This document shows, in pieces, positions 1-13,298 of a stretch of 64,000 nt of DNA. The translations under genes were made by a program, and so were the position numbers. Source of the DNA: the human T2T-CHM13v2.0 reference genome, Homo sapiens. The stretch is from NCBI RefSeq assembly GCF_009914755.1, contig NC_060934.1; one strand, 5' to 3'. Each line of letters begins with the position of its first letter. Position 1 is the first letter of the stretch. The notes under the pieces are model-generated. The model ran no database searches. It was not told the DNA's origin and saw only the letters and a program-made list of their open reading frames with translations.

Positions 1-853
1 GAGTATTTGCAAGAGAGTAAATGACTGTAGTCATGGACCATGGTCACTGTCCTATATAAACAGAAAGATGAAGACAAGACGAGGATAATTAACAGAGAAA
101 CTGCTGGGTTCCACGGATACAAAGTCTTGATGAGATGGAAGAATTGTTTAGGTAGATACAGGTTAAGAAAGGACCTAGGAGTATAAATGGTAGTGGCTAC
201 AGAGTGAAATGTTTGTTTTTGAATTATTGTCATTTTCGTGATAAGCTACAAGGTATGACCTTGGTAATAGAGGCTGAGTTCTACTGTGCCAAATCATTGG
301 TATTGAGAAGGACAGAGACTGGGTGAATAAAATACTTACGTGCCTATTGATTTTTTCTTCATGAGTGATGTCAATCATAGTGATAGTAGGAAGAATGGGA
401 GGCTGACAGCCAAGGACTAAATCAGAATCAGAAAACACAGGGGCATCAGCACCACAGAAGGTAAATTAGAAGGCATCACTGCCACAGGAAAGCTCAGAAG
501 CACCTGAGTTTGTTTCTCTAGCTGATTAATTTGGGCCTTACCACAATTTCACAAGCTTATGTCCCCAGTAAATCCTAAAGTCATAGAATGTCTTTTGATG
601 ATAAATCTGTAATCGCAATATCTGAGTATGAGTTCTGATGTAGCCATGCAGATACAAATAATAGCAACCAGTTATCCTGTAGAACTTTGCAAAGTAATTG
701 AATCATAATAAGTTCCTTGTTTTTTCCCTATTTATGACAGAAACCAAAAAGTTGGCTTTGAAAGACTCCTACCAGCTCAGAAGTACATGGATGAAGATAG
801 TTGCTGATGCACCCCGCTAGCATCCATTCTAATTTTGTTTTTCAAATTCACAG

Positions 854-956
854 AGAGTGAAGAAGTTTATCAAAGGCAGGTGCTGTCAATTTCATGTATC
901 ATCTTTGGAATTGTCATCGTGGGCATGTTCTGTGCAGCATTCTACTTCAAAAGCAA
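854..956 (+). CDS. NRG3: Pro-neuregulin-3 transmembrane exon: (E)SEEVYQRQVLSISCIIFGIVIVGMFCAAFYFKS(K)
   Basis: Acceptor ttttcaaattcacag|AG at 853 and donor AA|gtaaga at 957; 103 nt; the frame starting at 856 gives the neuregulin E..YQ..VL.I..I juxtamembrane/transmembrane motif; ends in phase 2, matching the next exon. Not in the ORF track because it lacks a start codon. Confidence 0.97.
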
Positions 957-1536
957 GTAAGACTATTTCTCTCAAGTGTTTAAAGGTTACTTTTAGAGAA
1001 AGCGCTTTGTGTTACTTTAAGTTCTCAGTCTGTGTGCCACACAGAGGGAACCTGTGGAAATGGGTCTAGCAACAATCTGCAAGTGACTTAGGACATTTTT
1101 GTAAATTGTGGTGAGTGTGTACAGGCATGTACATGCATGTATGTGATGTGTATGTGCACACATGTGTGCGCGGTTTATCTACGATGCACATAATGATCAT
1201 TCCTCTCAGTGACCACGAACATTCTATGTTCTTTGCACTGATTCACCACTTGCTGGTATTAAGGGCTTGGTGTCTGCCTGTCACTAAAGGCTAACTCTTC
1301 TGAACAAAGGGGCCACTGCTATGAACCTGCACATTATCAACCATTATCTATCTATTTCTGAAAAAACAATTCAGTTTTTCATAAAGATTTTAGGCAAATG
1401 TGGAATATGAATACTAAAAAATATACTTCAGTTTACCAGTTGGTATGCACATGTTGAATATGCCCTAAAGTTACCTTGCTGAGAAACTAGACCTTCTTCA
1501 GATAAAGGTGTTTATGTTTGACTAGAAATAGATGTA

Positions 1537-1930
<394 letters not shown>

Positions 1931-2259
1931 TCATTTATTAAAATGATATAATCTGCACTTAAGAAATGCAGATAAAAATATTAGCCCCTTGGTTTCTCAT
2001 GTCTTAAGAATTTTGCACAGATTTGGTTCCTACAGCTTGTCTGAAATTCAAGCCAATGTGTAATTGCTTTTCAGTGGACCTATAATTTTTTACCAATTTG
2101 CTCTTCTAACATGGGATTAATTTCCAGGTATAGTTTGTGATACCTGTCTGCATGTTATCTGTGTTGATTCTCAAAGAAAACTGTGATTATGATTTTTTAA
2201 AATAACAGAAACTTGAGCATCAATTCAGAATTAGTAACTATTATCTTCCTAATAAACTA

Positions 2260-2545
2260 TTTCAGAATGTTTTTTAGATATTTAGAACTGTTGCAAAAAT
2301 AGAACAGACAGTTTCTATATACCTTAGACCAAAGTTCCTCCATTATTAATGCCTTACATTAGCATGGTACATTTGTCACAATTAATGGAACAATATTGAT
2401 ATAGTATTACTAACTAAAGTCTGTATTTTCAGATTTCCTTAGTATTTTACCTAAGGCCCTTTTGTTAATGCCAGGGCCCCATCCTTACCATATGATATTA
2501 GCTGTTACATCTCCTAGGCAACTCTTGGCTGTGGCAGTTGTAACT
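2260..2545 (-). mobile_element. Old L1 (L1MC/MB-like) 3' UTR fragment
   Basis: Resembles an antisense L1M 3' end (ttacattagcatggtacatttgtcacaattaatggaacaatattgata). Confidence 0.6.
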
Positions 2546-2884
2546 ATCAATTTCTGAACACTTACTCTTTGCCAGGCACACTGGGCTTCTTATGTGTTAG
2601 CTTCCAATCACCACAGAAATCAGAGTTGTGCATTATTACTGCATTTTTCAAATAATACCAGAATTTATTTTAAAATGTTTATTTTTCAAAGTCATAAAGA
2701 AGAAAATGACAGATAGGTTCTTTAATTTTAGGAGTTCTAGTTTAAATCACATGCTCTAAACCTCTATACCATACTGGTTCACATAGTCCTTCTGCTAGAT
2801 GGTGGAGCTGCGCAGAGCGAGTTAGGAGTTACTCTCTTTTGTGCAGCCCATAGCACTTTATGTTCTCCAAGAATGCCATCTGGC

Positions 2885-3443
<559 letters not shown>

Positions 3444-4179
3444 CTAGAACTTGGAGGCTGGGTAGCTATAAAGTTAAGAGCCTCCCCTGGAGCACGAGAG
3501 TGGTAATCACACCCAGCAGGGTGGTAGTTAGAAGTGTCTCCCTGCTAGAGCTTTGTACAAGAAAGAAATTCCTTACTTAACAATAACCAAATTACAATAA
3601 AGAAGCAGTTAATCACTTATTTTTACAGTATAATGTGTAGTTGTACCACATTTAAATGAAAGACAGATCATGGTAATTATGAAAGCAAACAGCTGGATTA
3701 CCAGGGGACTTCCATCTTTGGGGCTGTCAATGTCTCACTCTGGACAGCAAGAGGGCTCTGAGATCAACATCTCCTCCTGGGACTCAGTGAGGAGTCAAAG
3801 TGTTTAATGAAAACAATCTTCAACATCAGATTCATTAGGGTAGGCTCAGAGGACTGCACAGAAGCTAGAGCACCAAGCGGGACATTGTTATCTTTCTGTC
3901 TACCAGCCTGGGACACAGTTTTATTTAAAAAATGAATCAATTAATAACTAAAGGCAAAAATGATAAAATGATGATACAAATGGAAGTATTTTCCACCTGA
4001 AATTGGATTAGCTATATGTTCCTCATTAGAGGCCTAGGGTGCATTTCCTTCTTCTAGTACCATTTTCAGGCTTGGTCTCCCTTTTTTTTCTTTGCTTGAG
4101 AGAAATGCCACCACCTTACCAAGCACCTAATTTATATTGCTAAAAGCAATATAGATTGTCATAAAACCCTGGCACAAGT

Positions 4180-4207
<28 letters not shown>
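4180..4207 (+). repeat. (TG)14 microsatellite
   Basis: Read directly from the sequence. Confidence 0.95.
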
Positions 4208-4210
<3 letters not shown>

Positions 4211-4567
4211 TCGTGGATTTCCTTTTCCAAAACCTTGGGGAGAACAGAATATCCAAACTCTACCTTGACCTTCCCTTACTTTCACTCATAAAGGAAAGTA
4301 GTTTATATGCATATACATTTTTTACTTTAGCTTAGAAGCCCCAAGTCTTCCAGGATTCTAAGGCCTCTCTATCACTGGTATTCAAATAAGTTCACTTGAA
4401 CCTCCATTCGATACACTGGGATGTATAGTTTCTGCCCAGAGGGAGCTGAGACTTAGCTCAAAGCTCTCTTGATCATTTATGTTCTACTTCCCATAATCAC
4501 TTAGACCTTGCCTTTATGATTCTTTTTCCATTCCCTCGTCACCTTTGGCATGGCATGACTTCATCAG

Positions 4568-4610
4568 AAGGAATATTACAGCAAATTCTGTGTCTGAGGA
4601 AAGATGGAAG
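4568..4610 (+). CDS. NRG3: Putative alternative NRG3 exon (K)RNITANSVSEERWK
   Basis: Pyrimidine-rich region upstream, catcag|AAG acceptor (NAGNAG, alternative start 4571) and strong donor AAG|gtaggt; open in the frame left by the transmembrane exon. Confidence 0.7.
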
Positions 4611-5118
4611 GTAGGTAACATGATAAGGAATAAGTAAGAAACACCTTGAATTTAGAGGATTTTTTGATGGAGTTAACTGAACCCATAGCAACTCTAAAAA
4701 ACAGTGAAAGAAATTCTCTTCACTCCCAATAAGCTCATATATTCCTATACATAGTTAATAGAACTATTAATTGAGCCTGTCAAGTCTGGCCAGTGTGGCT
4801 CACGCAATGACTGTAAATTATTCAAGTTTTTCTCTTTATTTTTAACTTATGTAGTTAAGAATGATGGGGATGAGTGTTAGAGTTCTTAGCAGAGCTTGGA
4901 AATACAAAACATGATTCAACTCTAAAACTAGAATTGAAGTAGGAGAGGATATGTTTCAGGAGGCAGAATCTGAAACAGGTAATTATCACAAATGGGAAAA
5001 AAGAGGAGGATAAAAACTGGTATTATCAGTAAAATGTAGACACGGTAACAACCTGCCCCTAACTATAGGTCATCAACCCCTTGAAGTAAGAGATTTTAGA
5101 TCCCAAAAAAAGCCTCTT

Positions 5119-5515
5119 AATGGCAGACACTCTGATGCACTGCTGCGTCTTCTTCAGATATGGAGGATTTAGTCGCCAAGTTTGCCAGCAAACACCGGTG
5201 AAGAGTCACCTTTCTCAATCTCATGTTCCATTCTGGTATTGTTTACCTCCAATGATGCATCGATATGAGGCTCTGAAGACCTAGACCTTTTCCCCAACTT
5301 CAGGTGCAAGACCATGCCAGCTTCAGAGCTCCCTCTGAGGTTTGCTGAGGTTTTCACTGAGACTGTATCACATTCCAACTTCTCCCCAGCCCAATTCTGC
5401 TTCCATTTCTTCCCTTTGCTTCCACAGGTGTTGATACCAAGAGCTCTCCTTAACAAAAGTCCTCTATGCTGTCTTTATCCCAGGGTCTGCCTTCCCAGGA
5501 GCCCAATCTGCAACA
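5119..5515 (+). mobile_element. ERVL solo LTR, LTR16 family
   Basis: The 3' end ccacaggtgttgataccaagagctctccttaacaaa...gtctgccttcccaggagcccaatctgcaaca matches the remembered LTR16A/C terminus and ends in CA; the 5' boundary is approximate. Confidence 0.75.
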
Positions 5516-5525
5516 AGACAAATAA
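5484..5525 (+). CDS. NRG3: Putative alternative terminal NRG3 coding exon GLPSQEPNLQQDK*
   Basis: Acceptor tgctgtctttatcccag|GGT, in phase 0 after exon 4568-4610; TAA at 5523-5525; downstream AATAAA at 7207. Confidence 0.65.
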   Translation, partial: GLPSQEPNLQQDK

Positions 5526-6574
5526 TGCCTAACAATGGATTAATGATGTCTACTATTCTGCAACTTACATCTCATTTCTTTCTAATGCATTGGACCAGAG
5601 AAATTTAAAACTCAAATGAACTGTAAAGTTTCCACACTGACACTGTTGGGCTAATAGTATTCCCATGTGCAAGGCATGCATCTTTTCTTCCCCAGAGCAA
5701 TGCCTCTCATGAGAGAGCTAATGGTATTGCAATCAGCTGCTGATTGTTTTCTCTGTTCCCATTTTCTGGGTGAAGGAAGAAAGAGCAAAAAAGTGTGTGC
5801 TTGTGAGAGAGGAGGGATGGTAGATAGGCAGAGGCAGGCTCAGAATGGAAGGACCACGTATCTTGGAATATTACTAAGTCAGGACTTGAGTGAAAAAAGA
5901 CTAAAGGTAAGCAAATTATAAAAGGATTTAGGAAACGCAGTCCGGTATTGGATATTGCTTAAAGAAAATTCCCTTATAAGTTTATACTTCCAAGACTCTG
6001 AATTGGATTACTGCAAACATCATTAAGTGTTTCTAATTTAATCCCATGAGAGTAATGGAATCCTTGCTCTGAGACATGCACTCTTACTTTTTCAGGATGA
6101 TTTACCAGACTAGAACCTCCTGATTTCCCCTTTTTTGTGTGTGTGAATGAACCCCTGATAAAATCTTGTGGCTGTAACATGCTCCTTAAAATGCTGATAT
6201 GATAGATTTATTTTTAACAATAGGCTATAGATTAGCTGTTAGGAAGCAAATAGATTATTACAACAGGATTAAAGCAACTAAGAGTGCTAGAGATAAAAGT
6301 CTCCCAAATAATTGGAAAGATAAAAGAAATATCTTAAAAAACAGAGCTACATCACACTGATATTGTAAATTCAAAATGGGTAATGAAGCTCAAAGCCTCC
6401 AAAGCTTGCAGCAAGTGCTGGTGAATTGCTTGGGAAGATGCAACTAGTGTAATCTTTTACCTTTGGGTCAATGTTCTGATTCTTTTGCAGCTTCTGCTCA
6501 CAAGACTGAGCTTGCTTGATGGTATCGGGAAAGATATGAACATTTTGCGTGTGCCTCCACATGCAGCCACCACA

Positions 6575-6730
6575 GTGTCCGTGGAAGATAGCTTTTATGA
6601 ACTTCATTTACAGAGGAGGAAATGGAGGCTCAACAAGTTTAGGAAATTATTAGGGTAGCAAAACTAGTGGGTAGCAGAGTGGGATTCAAATCCCAGTCCC
6701 TGTGATACAATAAGCCACGCTCTGTAGGGT
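6575..6730 (-). mobile_element. MIR fragment
   Basis: catttacagaggaggaaatggaggctca...gggattcaaatcccag is the antisense MIR core. Confidence 0.75.
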
Positions 6731-7206
6731 GCTACTGACTGGAGAAGCTCATTGCTAAGACCGGCCATGTGCTCCACTGACGGCACTATCTTTGTCAGAG
6801 ACGTTGGAAGACAGGCAAAATTCAAGGGCATGATTCTACTGGGAAAGTTGTCAGAATCAAAATGGAGTCATTTGTGTTAAAAACCCTGACAAATAGAGCC
6901 GGAGAAGGACATGAAGGGAGCAGTCACGTAGGCAAATGCCTGATTACAAGAACTATCACAAAAGTCTGTGAAAACCGCAGCTTTGCATGAAGACTATTGC
7001 AGCCTTACACGCACGAAAATAGTTCTGCAAGGACATATGCCCAGCAACTTCCTGTCCACCCTTGGACTGGCACCATCCTTTCTATTGATCCTTGTAGCCA
7101 AGGATAGTGATCTCAAATCAGTTGTGTACCTAACGTTTCCTGTCTTCCTAGTGATAAAACATAGTTTCCTATATCGTGTGTATTCCCATTGCAACACTTA
7201 TTTCCA

Positions 7207-7212
7207 AATAAA
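7207..7212 (+). terminator. Putative intronic polyadenylation signal of the short NRG3 isoform
   Basis: AATAAA followed by U/GU-rich downstream sequence (tgtttgttattt at about 7234-7245 and (GT)13 at 7271-7296). Confidence 0.55.
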
Positions 7213-7264
7213 TATTTTCTTTTAGAGTCTCCATGTTTGTTATTTAGGTCAACACTGCAAAGAG

Positions 7265-7297
<33 letters not shown>

Positions 7298-7305
7298 AGT
7301 GTTGT
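7265..7305 (+). repeat. (GT)n microsatellite
   Basis: (GT)13 core at 7271-7296. Confidence 0.92.
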
Positions 7306-7539
7306 GTTTAATGGGTACCAAGTCTATGCTAATAGATGATTTCTGTGAAGCTTCTGGGACAGAGCTGCTGCTAAGGCAGTGGTTTGTCCCATCCTTCTGG
7401 TGTAGGCACTGAGTGACCCAGACAACAGTCATTCCGCATGTGCACACAGGAGCACTTTACTTGAAGTCCAGAACCCTACAGCAGTTTCAGCCTTTTCACT
7501 CAGAAGCGGTGGGACCATGAGCACATGGCTTGGCAATTC

Positions 7540-7795
7540 TGAGTGGTGGTTGAAGAGTGTAAACTATGGAGGCAGGTTGGCTGGGCTGAGATCCAATCGC
7601 TGCCACTCACTGACTATGTGACGTCAAACAAATGGCTTAGCTTCTCTGTGCTTTAGTTCTCATCTACTTAATGGGTATAGCATTATGGCCTCATCACAAA
7701 GAATTATCATGAAAAATCTGTGAAATGATACATATAAAGCACTTAAAACCATGTGTGGCACATTACTGTATAACTAGCTCTTTAAGAGTTAACTA
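7540..7795 (+). mobile_element. MIR
   Basis: gtggtggttgaagag...ctgccactcactgactatgtgac...ctctgtgctttagtttctcatct...aaagcacttaaaacc. Confidence 0.8.
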
Positions 7796-8323
7796 TTTTT
7801 AATATCTGGGCTCTTGGTAACAATAAATGAGCTATTTCTAAATTGTAAAAGACAGAGAATATACACATTATGGTATATAGTCAAGTTGTGCAATTAAGCT
7901 AAACATATTTGAATTGTACAAATATAAATGTAACTCTACAAATATGTCATATGTACCTGCTAAGCCCAAGTCTTAATTGTTTTCCTCTAGTCACTTTCCC
8001 ATAGTATTTCCAGTTCTTTGCAGCTAAAACTCAGGGTTAGAGACTTCTTGCATCTATGGGGGCCAGGGCAATGCACTAAATGTTTGTCTGCTTTTGGGGT
8101 GCCACTGAATGTGAATTCCTAGAGAATATGGATGATATCAGGTTATCACTAAACTGGAAGTATTTCTGGTGGGGTTGGAAATGAGAGAAGGGTTCTCTTC
8201 GTTAGCTGAGTTTATTTAACTTTAGCAAATAACAAATATAGACACTGGGAATGAATGAGACCCTGAAAGTAGGAGTTGAATAAAGTCATGCAAATGTTTG
8301 TACACGTTTATTTATGCCTGCAG

Positions 8324-8450
8324 GAAACAAGCTAAACAAATCCAAGAGCAGCTGAAAGTGCCACAAAATGGTAAAAGCTACAGTCTCAAAGCATCCAGCA
8401 CAATGGCAAAGTCAGAGAACTTGGTGAAGAGCCATGTCCAGCTGCAAAAT
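8324..8450 (+). CDS. NRG3: NRG3 cytoplasmic exon KQAKQIQEQLKVPQNGKSYSLKASSTMAKSENLVKSHVQLQN
   Basis: cctgcag|G acceptor and AAT|gtaagt donor; 127 nt; lies inside ORF 8298..8483; in phase with both neighbours. Confidence 0.97.
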
Positions 8451-9859
8451 GTAAGTGACATGTCTACACACCTCCTCCTATAGCCTACCTCAGTGCTTCC
8501 AGCTCAGAGGTGTTGGGAGCCTGGGATCAGACTTGTAAATATTTTTCAGAGCTTTATAGGGTTTTGCTTAAATCGTTTTAACAGTTCTGGGCTGGGACGT
8601 ATGCACACATGCATGTATGTATGCATCAGATAAAAGGCAAGTTAAATTTCAGCTCTTGATTACAATCTGTAATATAAACTAATCTCTAGTAAAAATAAGA
8701 GCTTCAGTTTTTTGTCCCATGAACACTTGTTGAATCCTTAGTTTGTGCCAGAAGTTGTATGTGACACCAAGGATACAATGTCCCTTGCCATAAGGGAAGT
8801 TCTATGTAGGAAGAAACACAAAAACCCCCAGAATCAGAAGAAGTGAGTTCCGAGATAGTTGTTGTTGCAGCAGAGGTTGGACAAGAGGAAGCCAGTGGGA
8901 GGTGGATGGGGGTAGACTTGGGGGCTGCCTCACAACAGAGTCGGACTCGGACTGGGTTTGGAAGGATATGAAAAGTTCTATAGAGAGTCAAAGGGCTAAG
9001 AGCTAGAAGCCAGAACATGCAGGAAGAATAAAGCCATGGAATCCTAAAAATGCATGTTATGTTCAGAGAACTCCAAGTTAAGGGGTGTGAGAAGAATCAA
9101 AGGTGAAAGGTGGAGTTTCATAATCAATCCTTCTAATTCCAAGCCTTACAGAGATATCAGAACTTGAAGTTAAATGCAAACTCTTTGCCTCTTACACTTT
9201 TTGTAAGGCAGTTTTAACCATTACTGAGGTATATTGCAAAACACTAAATTAAAGCAAGAGAATTCTGTGTAATACATGCAGATATATTCCTCTTAGGTTA
9301 GCAATTCTTTGACCCCACACAGCATCCGCACTTTCAGAATCTGAGGCATAAAACAAAAGAACAAAGGCCATTGCATAAACCTAGCATTTGAGTATAATAG
9401 GCAATCATCCAGGACACATTCACACCCCTCCAAATGCTTCAATCACTGGAAATTTATACATCACTGGTGATTCTAAGAAATCATTACCCAAAAAGTCGCT
9501 ATTATGATGTCCATAACAGATGTACTCAGATGATTTAATGCAGAATTCATAAATCAGAGTCTCTTCCCAGGCAAGTTTTGTTAAACTTCTATTCATGGCA
9601 ATGTGCAGGAATTGTTCATTTCAGAAACAGAGTGAATGGTTTTGCTATTGATTTCTAATGGGTATAATCCCACCACTCTAAAACAACCACAGTGATGGAG
9701 GGCTTCATTCCTTAGCAACTGGTTATGTCAAAGATAAACAAAGCCAGACACTAGTTAAAGTGATGAGGATAGATTCTAATCAGTAACATGTTAGTGGAAT
9801 AGTTGAACTGAACTTCTATTTGTACGGAAATGGCTGGATTTTTTTTTTTTTTTTTTGAG

Positions 9860-10765
9860 AAAGAAAGAAGTAAAATTATATTTGTTTGTAAATGACATGA
9901 TCTTCTGTGTAGAAAATGTCAGGCTTCTGAGCCCAAGCTAAGCCATCATATCCCCTGTGACCTGCACGTGCACATCCAGATGGCCGGTTCCTGCCTTTTC
10001 TGATGACATTCCACCACAAATGAAGTGAAAATGGCCTGTTCCTGCCTTAACTGATGACATTCTACCACAAAAGAAGTGAAAATGGCCGGTCCTTGCCTTA
10101 ACTGGTGACATTACCTTGTGAAATTCCTTCTCCTGGCTCATCCTGGCTCAAAAAGCTCCCCCACTGAGCACCTTGTGACCCCCACCCCTGCCCACCAGAG
10201 AACAACCTGCTTTGACTGTAATTTTCCTTTACCTACCCAAACTTTATAAAACGGCCCCACCCCTATCTCCCTTCACTAACTCTCTTTTTGGACTCAGACC
10301 GCCTGCACCCAGGTGAAATAAACAGCCTTGTTGCTCACACAAAGCCTGTTTGGTGGTCTCTTCACACAGACGCAAGTGAAAGAAAATCCCAAGAGTCAAC
10401 CAAAATACTGCTGGAATTAATAAACACATTCAGTGGATTTGCAGAATACAATATCAGCACCAAAAGTTAGTTGAATTTCCATACATTAACAATAAACAAT
10501 TTTAAAAGAAAATTAAGAAAACACTTCCATTTGCTAGAGAACTTAATGTAAGAAACGCTTAGGTATAAACGTAATAAGGTGAAAAGTTTGTACCTTGAAA
10601 TCTACAAACATTGATCAAAATGATTAAAATCAATAGACATACAACCCATATTGATGGATTGGAAAAATTAATATTGTTAAATGATGATATAACCCAAAAT
10701 GTGGTTTAAATTCAACACAATACCCATAAAAATCTCTATCAGTTTTTGTTAAAGAAACAAATTAA
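9860..10765 (+). mobile_element. Old L1 ORF2 (reverse transcriptase region) fragment, split by LTR7
   Basis: Translates as KLYLFVNDMIFCVEN|PK.ST.ILLELINTFSGFAEYNIS, the degenerate L1 LFADDMI.Y.ENPK...LLELIN.FSKVAGYKIN segment. Confidence 0.8.
9917..10381 (+). mobile_element. Solo HERV-H LTR (LTR7)
   Basis: Starts TGTCAGGC..GAGCCCAAGCTAAGCCATCATATCCCCTGTGACCTGCACG and ends CTCTTCACACAGACGCAAGTGAAA; TATAAAA at 10245; AATAAA at 10317; perfect TSD GAAAA (9912-9916 and 10382-10386). Confidence 0.95.
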
Positions 10766-10910
10766 TATAAATGCATTGTCTCATTTAGTTCTAACAATTA
10801 ATTTATACCCACAATGTGCAGAAAATAGAAATGGGATTTGGAGCTTGAGAAAGGTATGTCTGTCAGACAGCTAGTAAGTAGCTGAAAGACAAACCAACAT
10901 CCTTATAACT

Positions 10911-11115
10911 CAGTGGTTCTCAACAGAAGGCAATTTGCCCACCATCCCTTGACATTTGGCAAAGTCTGAAGACACTTTGGCTATTGCATGCTGGGAGAAG
11001 AATGCTACAGGCATCTAGTGGGTAGCGGTCATTGGCGCTGATGAACATCCTTCAATGCACAATAACCTCCCTCAACAGAAGATTATCCTTCCCAAAATGT
11101 CAAAAGTGGTAAAGA
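10911..11115. mobile_element. MER20 (hAT-Charlie DNA transposon)
   Basis: cagtggttctcaac...gacatttggcaa.gtctg.agaca...tgcta..ggcatctagtgggtag...cccaaaatgtcaa. Confidence 0.8.
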
Positions 11116-11923
11116 AGTTCACAGTCCATGCTCAAGTTTCAAATGGGACCATGGGGAAGTTCTGAACACCAAGTTCCATCACCAAGCTTCCCACCGCAGG
11201 CATTTATTTCCACTTTACAGAGGGTGACGGGTTATTCAGGCATATTTCATCCTTGGAAAGGAAAATTTCCTACTTGCTTACCATATCAGGCAAATCTGTC
11301 TTTGTTTTATCTTGAAGCTCATGTTAACTACTTGAAATTCTTTGCAAATTGCAGTGTTTAACAAATGAATTGTCTGGCTCTGGCATTCCTTTATTAAGTT
11401 CATTAAACATTCATGGAAATGGGTTTCACTTTATAGTCATCTAACAAGATGCAAAACACCTCGTCAAGTGAAGCAACATGATACTCTGGAAACACTTGAC
11501 TCCAAGGCTGCAGAACTGGAGTAGATTACCCTCCCTGAGAAGCATCTAGTCCCTACCATTGTTTTAAAAACAAATAAAGCATCTGTGAGTAAAGATGAAC
11601 TCACCTCCTTTGCTGTGTCTCAAGTAAGAAAGAGCTAAGGATAGAATTATAACCTCTAGAACCTTCAAGGCAAAGGAGTGAAACTTCTCAGCCTGGTTTA
11701 GGGATCAGAAAAGAAAGTCATCAAAAGAGATCATCCGTTCTTCTCTCTTAAAATCAAGAGAAAATATTCACAATTGAAAAATGAAAGAAGAAAATTGTAT
11801 ACCCTTCATACCTTTTTTTTCAGTAATCATTTTAAGAAAGGTAAGTTTATGGGGGAGGTAACATTAAATGAGAAAGAACTGGAAGATAATACTTGCATGC
11901 TAAAGAGGAATAATAAGAATTTA

Positions 11924-12257
<334 letters not shown>

Positions 12258-12559
12258 CTAACAGAGCCTTAAAAACTGGTGAAAAGGCACATATTTATCC
12301 AGTAATGTTTATTGAACTCTGGTAAAGCCCACACTTCTCTGTGTTGGGTACTGCAGGGATAGCTTAGAATACAAACAGAAGAAGTGGTTCCTGATCTCAG
12401 GATGTTCAAAGGTTAGTGGAGAGAAAAATGTACAAGCATATAATATCTTTATTATATAGATACATTAAATCAAAGTACTATCAGAGAATGGAAAACAACT
12501 TCTGAATTTGACTAGGGGAATCTCAAGCCTACCTAAAGGAGGTCACATGTGAATTGAGT

Positions 12560-13298
<739 letters not shown>

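Noticed and set aside
857-1069. 70-aa ORF over the transmembrane exon
   Set aside because: Wrong frame; the true NRG3 frame starts at 856 and the exon ends at 956.
9980-10112. Regularly spaced direct repeats superficially like a CRISPR array
   Set aside because: They are contiguous 51-bp U3 repeats of LTR7 without unique spacers, in eukaryotic DNA with no cas genes.
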